Source of the DNA: Candidatus Velthaea sp.
GTDB taxonomy: Bacteria > Vulcanimicrobiota > Vulcanimicrobiia > Vulcanimicrobiales > Vulcanimicrobiaceae
Assembly (NCBI GenBank): GCA_965214935.1
Contig: CBDCCS010000007.1
Location: forward strand, 1-12,193
Length of the DNA: 12,193 nucleotides
Direction of reading: 5' to 3'
Positions 1-8,600 of this stretch are shown one piece after another. Each line of letters opens with the position of its first letter. Position 1 is the stretch's first letter. The position numbers and the translations under genes were made by a program. The notes beneath the pieces were generated by a model, which was not told the origin of the DNA, did not search any database, and was given only the letters and a program-made list of their open reading frames with translations.

Positions 1-1986
1 ATCGCGGAAAAGTATGTCCGGCATGAAGACTTCGATCCCGTGGCACTGGCGGCGACGTTACCGGCAGAGCCGAAGGCGCTCTTCGAGTACGTCCGCGATA
101 CGATCGCACTCGACTCGTACGCGGGTGCCATGCGCGGCGCTAAGGGGACGTTGATGAGCCGAGCGGGCGACGCCGACGATAAAGCGCTTTTGCTCGCCGC
201 GTTGCTCAAAGCAAAAGCGATTCCGGTCCACCTCGCCTTTGCCGATCTCTCGGCAAGCGATGCAGCCGAACTCGAAGCCGCCGCCCAGGTCGCGCCGCCC
301 GCAGCGCAAGCAGCGGCCGTACCCGATGCGTTTTATAAAGATTTGGGTCTCGTCAAAGAACGTGTCGAAAAAGCTTCAGCAGCGCGCGAGGTAGCGGACG
401 CGTCGTACGCGCGCGCCGGCGTCGCATTTGCCGACGAACATGCACCGGAGTTACAGGCCGCCGTTGCGGACTCCGGGTCGCAATCGAGCGCCGCCGCCAA
501 AGCGCCGGCAGCGAACGCAGCCAAAACGCACGCTTTCGTGCAGGCTTCGGTCGGTGGCGTTTGGGTCGATCTCGATCCCTCGCTCGCGCGCATCCAGATG
601 GGTAACCACCTAGGCGGCAGCACGCGTACCGGCGATGCGACTCTTCCACCGGAACGCATTCATACCGTGCGCGCAAGGTTCGTTCTCGCTTACGGCACGG
701 GCGCGGAACGAGTCGAAACGATCGCGCTCGACCGCACGATGCGCTCGAGCGACGTAGCAGGCGTGCCGATTTCGATCGGCGTTAGTTCGCCCGGTGTTTC
801 GGCCCTAAGTCAAGTTGGCGAGGCCAAATCGTTCGTACCGTACATCGACATCGGGACCGACGTCGGAAACGGTTCGGCGTTCGCTTTGCGCGATCGAGAG
901 GGGCGCCCCCTCGTTTCCGTGCGCCTCGAGATCGAGACGGCGGGTCCGGCCGTTGCCGGTGAGACGAATACGCGCGTACTCTGGGATTCGTCGTCCCGGG
1001 CGGAGCCGGCGCTTGCAATTTTACACAATTACGAGATGCTCGTCGTTTCGGGTGCGCTCGGCCAGTCGTTCAGTAATGCTATGGTGCTCGCAACGGTCGC
1101 GCACATGCGCCCGCTCTTAATCTACGCCGCAACACCGCCAACGGAGCGCGTCCTGCCTGCGGTACGTGACCTCGAACCCGCCTACCCGGTCACGCTGATC
1201 GATTACGTAAATAGAGATCTTCGCATTGCCGAGGCGCTGCGCACGGCTTCTCCAAGCGTCCGCTTCACCTTCGCTCGCCCAAGTATTCTCATGCTTTCGA
1301 ACGGTTTCGAACGAGTGGGACAGGACGTTCGTGGAACGACCGCATTCGATATCGTCCAAAACGGGGCGCGCGCGGTCGCAGCCGATCCTGCCCTCGCGCG
1401 CCTGACCAATATCAAGCGCGGCATGTTGGATACGTATCTCGAGCAGCACGTCTTGAGCTTTCTCAACCGCACCGCTTTCGGCGCGCCGCAAGCGTTCGCC
1501 GAGGCGAAGAAACAGCATGTCGCAACGACGCTCGTTACGTCGAAAGACTCGTTGCCGGCGGGTATTCCCACGCAGTCAGCAGGTGCGCTTCTGGAAACCG
1601 TTTCGCACGGCGAGGTGGCGCTCGCAATGCGCGCGCCCGCGAACGTCGCGGGTACGTCGCACTACGCTTGGTGGGCGATCGATCCCGTTACCGGCGACAC
1701 CGTCGGGCGCATGGACAACGGCGCGGGCGACGCCATGGTCGAGGACAGCTTCCTACTCTTCTATGCCAAGCGAGTCGGGATGGCGTTTACGCTGCTCGGC
1801 ATCATCATCGGCGGTCCGCAGGCTGTCGAGGATGTCGAGATCAGCGTGTTTGCCGGCGGCCTTGGCCTCGTCGGAGAAGTAATTGGCGCGCTGAAATCGA
1901 TGTATGATTTAAGCGGCGGCTCGTACGGTCAAGGAGGCGGTAGCGGCGGAGGGGGCGGCGGTTCAACTCCCGGGTGGGGTCCGTAG
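1..1986 (+). CDS. Transglutaminase-like (papain-fold) domain protein, probably catalytically altered; 5'-truncated by the window
   Basis: The frame is open from base 1 (IAEKYVRHEDFDPVALAA...), so the true start is upstream of the window. YAGAMRGAKGTLMSRAGDADDKALLLAALL...IP resembles the Transglut_core G-x-C-x-D-x-A-x-LL-x-ALLR-x-x-GIP helix, and HAFVQASVGGVWVDLDPS resembles H-A-W-V-E...W-x-x-x-D-P. Ends TAG at 1984-1986. Confidence 0.7.
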   Translation: MAEKYVRHEDFDPVALAATLPAEPKALFEYVRDTIALDSYAGAMRGAKGTLMSRAGDADDKALLLAALLKAKAIPVHLAFADLSASDAAELEAAAQVAPPAAQAAAVPDAFYKDLGLVKERVEKASAAREVADASYARAGVAFADEHAPELQAAVADSGSQSSAAAKAPAANAAKTHAFVQASVGGVWVDLDPSLARIQMGNHLGGSTRTGDATLPPERIHTVRARFVLAYGTGAERVETIALDRTMRSSDVAGVPISIGVSSPGVSALSQVGEAKSFVPYIDIGTDVGNGSAFALRDREGRPLVSVRLEIETAGPAVAGETNTRVLWDSSSRAEPALAILHNYEMLVVSGALGQSFSNAMVLATVAHMRPLLIYAATPPTERVLPAVRDLEPAYPVTLIDYVNRDLRIAEALRTASPSVRFTFARPSILMLSNGFERVGQDVRGTTAFDIVQNGARAVAADPALARLTNIKRGMLDTYLEQHVLSFLNRTAFGAPQAFAEAKKQHVATTLVTSKDSLPAGIPTQSAGALLETVSHGEVALAMRAPANVAGTSHYAWWAIDPVTGDTVGRMDNGAGDAMVEDSFLLFYAKRVGMAFTLLGIIIGGPQAVEDVEISVFAGGLGLVGEVIGALKSMYDLSGGSYGQGGGSGGGGGGSTPGWGP

Positions 1987-1993
1987 GCGCCGC

Positions 1994-2020
1994 TCGAATA
2001 AACGGTTACTTCGTTTACGA
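1994..2020. terminator. Possible weak hairpin between convergent genes
   Basis: TAAACG (1999-2004) pairs with CGTTTA (2012-2017) and can be extended by TCG/CGA across a bulge. It lies in the 78-nt gap between two convergent stop codons. There is no clear U-tract. Confidence 0.25.
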
Positions 2021-2064
2021 TGACGCCGCGCAAAGCGCACGGTCGCGCATAGCGAAGAGCTACT

Positions 2065-2694
2065 TTATTTAACGTCGAGATCGTCCTCGGGCGTTGCTTT
2101 CTGCGACGAAGAGATCGTAACGCCGTCGGGATTGCGAACCGTCAACACGATCGTGCGATCCGGTTCGATCGCGCCTTCGCCCGCTTTCGGATGTAGGTTG
2201 ACGTTATCGGAAACCTCTCTGGCACGTCCGAAAATATTCGAGACTCGATCGAGGGCGGTAGAGCTGACGTCTGCGGCGTTCGCCGTATTCTGCGCGCTGT
2301 TGACGGCCGATGCCGTATTCGACACGCTGGACGATGCCGTTCCCGCTGCACTTTGCGCGCCGCTCACGCCGATTTTCGAGCCGTCTACGGAACGCACCCA
2401 TTTGTAGGTCAGCTGGATCTGACCGACCGAATTTCCGGTCGCGGCGGTCACGCTCGATACCTGCGCCAGACCATCGGCCCCGCGCGCGAACACGATGAAC
2501 CCGCCGACCACGACATCGCTCGCCACTTCTATCGGTACTTTATCGCCGACTTGTACGCGCGAGGAAGAGACTTCATTCTTCACGTGCACGTTGACCGAAG
2601 TCGCGTAGGGAACCCGAACGGGTGTTGCCGCGCCGAGAAGAATAATGGCGGCGACGCCGAGCGAAAGATAAGCGGAGGCCGGCGATCGTAGCAC
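2065..2694 (-). CDS. Secreted hypothetical protein (about 209 aa) with a beta-rich domain loosely resembling TrbI/VirB10-like folds
   Basis: Start revised from 2928 to the in-frame GTG at 2694, which follows GAGGTG with an 8-nt spacer. The N-terminus MLRSPASAYLSLGVAAIILLGA is a plausible Sec signal peptide. The mature part VRVPYATSVNVHVKNEVSSSRVQVGDKVPIEVASDVVVGGFIVFARGA is beta-strand rich. Confidence 0.65.
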   Translation of the reverse strand: MLRSPASAYLSLGVAAIILLGAATPVRVPYATSVNVHVKNEVSSSRVQVGDKVPIEVASDVVVGGFIVFARGADGLAQVSSVTAATGNSVGQIQLTYKWVRSVDGSKIGVSGAQSAAGTASSSVSNTASAVNSAQNTANAADVSSTALDRVSNIFGRAREVSDNVNLHPKAGEGAIEPDRTIVLTVRNPDGVTISSSQKATPEDDLDVK

Positions 2695-2806
2695 GTTATC
2701 AACACCTCGTAACCAAAGGGACCGAGCATCGGCACCGACTCTCGATGCCCTTGCTTCCGTACGCGTGTTCTTTCCTGCTGCGCGCTCGGCGCCCTTGAAA
2801 CGTCGC

Positions 2807-2839
2807 TTTGCTTGCAAAACAACGTTATGAAGAACGTTA
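2807..2839. promoter_or_regulatory. Candidate operator in the AT-rich divergent intergenic region
   Basis: AACGTTA is repeated at 2821-2827 and 2833-2839 (12-bp period, each with a palindromic AACGTT core), next to the imperfect palindrome TTTGC-TT-GCAAA at 2807-2818. Confidence 0.3.
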
Positions 2840-3038
2840 AAATGCGGCGATGATAATATCTGGTAACGAGCGTAAAGAAGGTACGATTGGGTCAGGCGAT
2901 CCCGCACCAAGTGCTGCGACGAAGCCACTCCGTAGCGGCGATTAAGAGAACGATAGGCTCGGAGCGCGAGCGCTTTCTTCGGGCCAGATGCTTCGGTCGG
3001 AGAACGGATTTAGGACCGCGGATTCCGAACTCGCGCGC

Positions 3039-4157
3039 ATGACGGCTTTTGCTAGAGCGGGCATCCATGGTGCATCCGAAACCCTCGAAGGTCGCTGGTA
3101 TTGTTCGGAAGACGTGTTCGCCGAGGAGCGGATGCGCATTTTCGGCTCGTCGTGGCTCGCCGTCGGGCGCGCCGAGCTTCTCGACGCACCCGGCGACTTC
3201 GTGCTCGCCGATGTTGCGGGCGAAAGTGTTATCGTTACGCGGGACAACGGCGGCGCCATGCGCGCATTTTTCAACGTGTGCCGACACCGCGGTACCCGTA
3301 TGTGCACGCAGGCGGCCGGCCGCTTTAACGGCTCGATCCAATGTCCGTATCATGCGTGGACCTACGGTCTCGACGGCACGTTACTCGCGGCTCGCAACAT
3401 GCAGAACGTGCCGGGCTTCGAACGCGGCGACTATTCCTTACACGAGATTGCAGTCTCGACGTTCGACGGCTTCGTGTTCGTTAATCTCGCGACGGAACCG
3501 GAACCCTTCGAACGCGAACTCGCGCCGTTGCTCGCGCGTTTCGCGCGCTGGAATATCGGTGGTCTAAGGGTCGCGCGTGAAATCACGTACGAGCTCGCCT
3601 GCAATTGGAAACTCGTCTTCCAAAACTATTCCGAATGCTACCATTGCCCGCTCGTCCATCCGCAATTGGACAAGTTGTCGCCGTCCGATAGCGGCCGTAA
3701 CGATCTAAGCGAAGGGCCGATCCTCGGCGGTTATTCGGAGCTGCGCCACGACGGTGCGAGTCTGACGACGAGCGGAACGACTTCGCGCCCTCCGCTCCCC
3801 GGCGTTACGGGCGACGAGCTCAACCGCGTCTACTACTATACGCTCTTTCCCGCAATGCTCTTAAGCCTGCACCCGGATTACGCCATGGTGCACTTCGTCA
3901 CGCCGCTTTCGGCCGGCCGGACGCGCGTCGTTTGCGCGTGGCTCTTCGATCGGAACACGATGGCGGAACCAGGCTTCGATGCGAGCGACGCCGTCGAGTT
4001 TTGGGATGTGACCAATCGCCAGGATTGGCGCGTTAACGAGTTGACGCAAGCCGGCGTTTCTTCTTCGGCGTATACGCCCGGGCCGTACGCCCAGCAAGAA
4101 GGTTTGCTCGCCGCATTCGACCGGCACTATCTCGGTGCGATGGGCGCGCGGCGCTAA
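3039..4157 (+). CDS. Rieske non-heme iron oxygenase alpha subunit (GbcA/Stc2/CntA/choline monooxygenase-like), copy 1
   Basis: Rieske motif CRH-x18-CPYH (3279-3353), mononuclear Fe motif NWKLVFQNYSECYHCPLVHP (3603-3662) and C-terminal NRQDW carrying the likely Asp ligand. ATG 3039 is preferred over 2988 because it gives 372 aa, close to the length of copy 2; the start is uncertain. Confidence 0.92.
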   Translation: MTAFARAGIHGASETLEGRWYCSEDVFAEERMRIFGSSWLAVGRAELLDAPGDFVLADVAGESVIVTRDNGGAMRAFFNVCRHRGTRMCTQAAGRFNGSIQCPYHAWTYGLDGTLLAARNMQNVPGFERGDYSLHEIAVSTFDGFVFVNLATEPEPFERELAPLLARFARWNIGGLRVAREITYELACNWKLVFQNYSECYHCPLVHPQLDKLSPSDSGRNDLSEGPILGGYSELRHDGASLTTSGTTSRPPLPGVTGDELNRVYYYTLFPAMLLSLHPDYAMVHFVTPLSAGRTRVVCAWLFDRNTMAEPGFDASDAVEFWDVTNRQDWRVNELTQAGVSSSAYTPGPYAQQEGLLAAFDRHYLGAMGARR

Positions 4158-4193
4158 AAGGCGCCACGCAGGACGCTTCGTAAGGCGGCGCGG

Positions 4194-5645
4194 TTACAGC
4201 ACGCCGCGTAAGGCCGCCCGGCGCGCGCGGCGTTCGTGGCGTCCCGCGTACAGATAGACGACCATGCCGCTTCCCACCATGACGACGGTCGCTCCGAGCA
4301 CTTTTCCGACGGCGAGCACTTTATTTGGTTCGTCGTCCGCCGGAACAACCGCGAGCACGATCGCGCACAGCGTGGTGACTGCGCCGACGATCGCCGCGGC
4401 GGAAACGGTAAAGCGACCGCCCGGAATTCGAAACATGCCAGCGCTCCGACGCGCACCGCAGAAGCGAAACGCTGCGGCGAACAAAAACAAGAATGGAAGC
4501 AGCGTCACGATGACGGTCGTGCTGACCATCACTTCGTAGGCGCCCTTGACGCTCGTACCGCCCTGTCCGAGAAAGACGAAGACGGCCGCTATGAGCGCTT
4601 GGCAGATCAGCGCCGTTGCGGGCGAGCCGTAGCGGGGGTGAATGCGCCCGAGCGCCGCCGGCAGATAACGGTCGATGCCCACGACGAACGGGATGCGCGC
4701 GCAAGCACCGAGCCACGCGCCGACGCTGCCCATACAACTGACCGCAACGAGAATGGCTCCGAGTGGCGTGAGAAATTGCCACCCGAACAGGCTCGCGCCG
4801 CGCGACACCGTCTGCATTACGCCCGAAGATGCGCTGACGGCGCCCGGGGTCAGGACCGCAAGCGCGCTCGCCGTGCCGAGAATATAGATGACCGCAATCG
4901 CGGGCGCCGCGAGCGCGAGGCCGAGCGGTATGGAGCGGCGCGGCTCGCGCACTTCACCGCCCATGAACGACACGGCCTCCGGCCCCGTCCACGCGAACGC
5001 GATGACGGACCAAAAGATGATGTCTTTGAGTGCGATCCCCGGCCGCAGCGTCGTTGCGTTAAACGGCGTCGCGCTGCCGAACCGCAGCCACACCGCAAGT
5101 CCGAGCGCGATGAGCACGATCGTTATCGACCAACGGCAAATGGCGCCCACGGTATTCAACCATTTGCCGACGCCAAGCCCGAGCACGTTGACGCCCGTGC
5201 CGATGGCGAGCCCGATCAGAGCGACGGTAATGAAGAACGGCCCCGACGTCGCAAGCGCCCCACCGCTATTCCCGGTGACGAAGAGCGCGTTGCCCGCCGC
5301 AAAATAAAGCAGCGCCGGAAAGTATGGCAGGTTCGCCGTCCAGTACATCCAGCCCGTGATGAATCCGGCGAAGGGCCCGAAGGCGCGCTTGCTCCAGATA
5401 TAGAGCCCGCCCTCTTCGGGATAGTGGGACGAGAGGTGCACGACGGCAATCGATAACGGCAGAAACATGGCGAACGCGCCGCCGATCCAAATAATTAATG
5501 ACGAGGGTCCGGCTGCAGCGGCGGTTGCAATCCATTGTAAATTGGATCCCGCCACGACGAAGAAGAGGGCGACGTCCCGCAAACCGAGACTGCGGTGAAG
5601 TTGCGGCTGCGTCGCCTCCGCGCTGCCTTCGATGACGGCACTCAC
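4194..5645 (-). CDS. APC family amino acid/polyamine/organocation permease
   Basis: 483 aa with about 12 hydrophobic segments. Family-typical stretches include LHRSLGLRD, LSSHYPEEGGLYIWSKRAFGPFAGFITGWMYW, FAWTGPEA (TM6 FAF-x-G-x-E type), GEVREPRRSIP and RIHPRYGSP. The GTG start is 14 nt downstream of the TonB-dependent receptor stop. Confidence 0.93.
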   Translation of the reverse strand: MSAVIEGSAEATQPQLHRSLGLRDVALFFVVAGSNLQWIATAAAAGPSSLIIWIGGAFAMFLPLSIAVVHLSSHYPEEGGLYIWSKRAFGPFAGFITGWMYWTANLPYFPALLYFAAGNALFVTGNSGGALATSGPFFITVALIGLAIGTGVNVLGLGVGKWLNTVGAICRWSITIVLIALGLAVWLRFGSATPFNATTLRPGIALKDIIFWSVIAFAWTGPEAVSFMGGEVREPRRSIPLGLALAAPAIAVIYILGTASALAVLTPGAVSASSGVMQTVSRGASLFGWQFLTPLGAILVAVSCMGSVGAWLGACARIPFVVGIDRYLPAALGRIHPRYGSPATALICQALIAAVFVFLGQGGTSVKGAYEVMVSTTVIVTLLPFLFLFAAAFRFCGARRSAGMFRIPGGRFTVSAAAIVGAVTTLCAIVLAVVPADDEPNKVLAVGKVLGATVVMVGSGMVVYLYAGRHERRARRAALRGVL

Positions 5646-5659
5646 CGCTTGCCGTGCCG

Positions 5660-8600
5660 TTACAACTTCAAGCGCAGGCTGAGATACGCAGAGAACGGTT
5701 GGATCAGCGAACTTCCGCCGTCGTTATACGATCCGAAACTCGGCTCGTACGGATAGCGCAGAAACGTCTGCACGTTGTCGCCCGGATTGTACGCATTACC
5801 GACAGGCGGAACGAAGCTCTGCAGCGACCCGTAACTGCAAACCTGAGGCGATTCATAGTAGGTGAAGGCGGTATGTTGGCCGCCGAAACAACGATTAATG
5901 ATATTCGCAAACGTCCCGACGAGCTCGAGATTCTTCGAAACCTGGTAGGATACGCGCAAATTCGCTAGGAGCTCCGACGGCTCGCGAAAGGCGCCGATCG
6001 CATCGAAATTGCCGGTATATGGGTCCGGGATCGCGTTGAGCGCGCCCGCGCAGGACGTCGCGTCGTACGGAGCTCCGCCGGCCGTACCGTACGCATAGCG
6101 CGGATCGCGCGCGGTCGTGCCGGCTAGAGCCGTGCAGCCGGCTGCGGGATCGATGCCGGGGGTCGTTTCCGGCGCGCCGTAACGGTTGCCGGCCTCGAGC
6201 TGGAACGACGGCGTGATCGAAAAGCGGTCGTGCTTGTAATTCAGTATGAGCGTTGCGACGTACGGAAACTCGAACGAGTTCGCGCCCGAGCCGATACCCG
6301 CAGGGAAGACGGAATAGGGCAGATACTTGCCGTTCGGATCGAGCAGCGGCTGCGGTGGCGCGTTCCAATACGGATTCGCGACCGCACCGGCCGCGCCGCA
6401 AGCGGAAGCTGCCGTGCCGACATAGCAGGGCGCGGCAGCCGCGCCGTTGGACGGCGTGATGTTTGCGACTCCCTTGGTCACGCCTCCGCATTTGACGTCG
6501 GCCGCATGGGTCGCGCAGTACGATGTGTACGCGTTGTACTGCACGATGTCGGCGTTAATCGGAGAGACGACGCTGCTGCCGTTCGAAAGCGTCGAATACT
6601 GAACGTAGCTATTCGTATACGCGAACGAAAGCTGACTGGCGAAACCGTTGCGCCCGAAATCGCCCTTGTTGATCGCCAGCTCGAAGCCCTCGGATGTCTG
6701 CTGACCGATATTGAAACCGGAGATGAGACCCGATTGCTGATTGAGCACGAAGCTCTCGATCTCGTCGTGCGTTTTACGATAGAACGGCGTCAATTTGAAC
6801 GAGAGGTCCGTGCCTTTGAAGGCGTGTTCGAGCGAGAAATCCGCGTTGTACGAAACGGAGGGTCGCACGTCGTGACTCGGCGTGTTGAAGCCATACGAAT
6901 AAAAGCTCGGACCGAGTAGATCCGGTAGGTTTTGCTGTAAGGCCGAGTACTGCTCGTAAGCCGAGCTCGGCTGCTCGTTGTATTTGCCGTAGCTCGCACG
7001 CAGCACGGTGTTCGGGTCGAGCGCATACGTCATGCCGAGGCGCGGTTGTAAGATGTCGTAATCCGAACGCAGACCCGAAACGTTTTGTAAGTTGAGCGCT
7101 TGATAGCCGGCCGAGGCGCACGAGGTCGTGATCGGATTCGGCGTCGTCGCGAAGGTGGTCTTATCGATGAGGTTTCCCGAGGTCGGGTCGTAACACGTGT
7201 CTTTGTTATAAGCGTTGAACCAAAACGCGCGTGCGGGACTGCCCGTCGTATCGGCCCCGATGAAGGCATAGTGGTCGAGGCGCAGGCCGAGGTTTAGCGT
7301 AAGTTTATCGAACGGCTTGTACTGATCGGTGATCGAATAGCCGCTGAAGATCGGCTTGACTTGATTGTATTCACCGTACTGGCCGTTCTCGGCGACGTAG
7401 TAGCCGCAGGGGCCCGTGCCGCATCGCACGCCGGCGAGGGCCGCGGGCGTAGCGCCAGGCGTCGGGCAGACCACGTTGCGCGTCGCGCATCCAATTCCGC
7501 TGAGCGTCGCAAACGTGGCCGGTGTGGCGACGTCGAGCGTCGTGCCGGGGTTGCAGGTCGTGGGCGCGGCCGCAGTCCCGGTTAGCGCATAGCAGGTCCC
7601 GCTCGTGAGGTCGTTACGATTGACCAAGACGGCGAACTGGTCTCCGGCACCAAACATCTGCTGGTTGTACATGCGCAGCGCCGTCGAGGTGGTCAGCGAA
7701 CCTTGGATCTCCAGCAGGTTGCGACTGTTGATCTGATCCGCGAAGGTGGCGCTCAGTCCGCGCGTATGAGCGCTCAGTTCGTAATCGCCATAATCGTATC
7801 CGGTGTAGAGGCTGCCGCCGTTGGACGACGAGTTCGGTCCCGTCCCGATGTAGTCGGAATAATAGGTGTATCCGTAGAGCCGTAAATACGCTTGCGAGCT
7901 GAAATTCTTCTGATACTGTGCCTTGAAGATACCTTGCTGATTGAGCTGGACATCTCGATCGTCGAGTGGAATGGGACCGTTGAAGGCGCGGCTCCTAGGG
8001 CTCGACGGAAACAGATACGGTACGACGAGCGATTTGTACGCACTCGGATTGTTCGGCAGAAACGTTCCGAGTGCGCCGTTGTATTGCCAGCTATCGGAAT
8101 ACGAAAGCGCGTTACCCCCGGTATAACCCGTTACGCTGTTGTAGGCGCGCACGTTGGGCAGGCCCATGTCGAGCGCGGAGCTTGAAAGGGCCGAGTAAAT
8201 TTCATCGTTATCGTAGAGTAGCTGAACGTCGTCTTTGAGGCCGCCGCTCTTGTGCGGAATGCCGAAATGCAAGTTCACGATCGTGGAACGCGTCGCGTCG
8301 TTGATGATCGCCGCCGCGTTCGCACCGCCGTAGACGGTCGGGCCCAGGGCGTAGCCCGGGGTAAGCGGCTGGCTGATGTTGGGCCGGCCATTCGTGAAAC
8401 AGGACGGTAGCGTCGCTAGGATCGCGCTTGCCGTAGGACATCCGAAGAGAACCGGCCCGAATTCGTTAGCCGTAGAGCGGCCGTCGTACTGATCGACGTA
8501 CCGATGGTCTTGGTTGAAACCGCCGATTGCCACATAGTAGGAAAACGTGCGCTCTTTGTTCGCGCCGCCGAGTTCGACGTTCGCGCTGTGATAATACGAC

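Noticed and set aside
2695..2928. 78-aa N-terminal extension of the secreted protein
   Set aside because: It crosses an AT-rich promoter-like patch. GTG 2694 has a strong RBS and exposes a signal peptide.
2695..3038. Possible riboswitch or sigma54 promoter in the intergenic region
   Set aside because: I found no recognisable consensus for the riboswitch families I know, and no GG-N10-GC at the TTGC site I checked.
3210..3376. Short DNA similarity between the two Rieske genes (gcgggcgaaag...ttatcgt and tgtccgta...gcgtgg), considered as a repeat or gene conversion
   Set aside because: The matches are confined to conserved protein motifs and differ mostly at synonymous positions, which fits ordinary paralogy.
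4158..4193. Possible bidirectional terminator between Rieske copy 1 and the APC permease
   Set aside because: Only an interrupted stem (GCGCC/GGCGC with mismatches and a bulge) is present, with no convincing U-tracts on both sides.
4236..5456. 406-aa plus-strand ORF
   Set aside because: It is the antisense shadow of the APC permease. It is Arg/Asp/His-rich with no motifs, as expected opposite a hydrophobic GC-rich gene.
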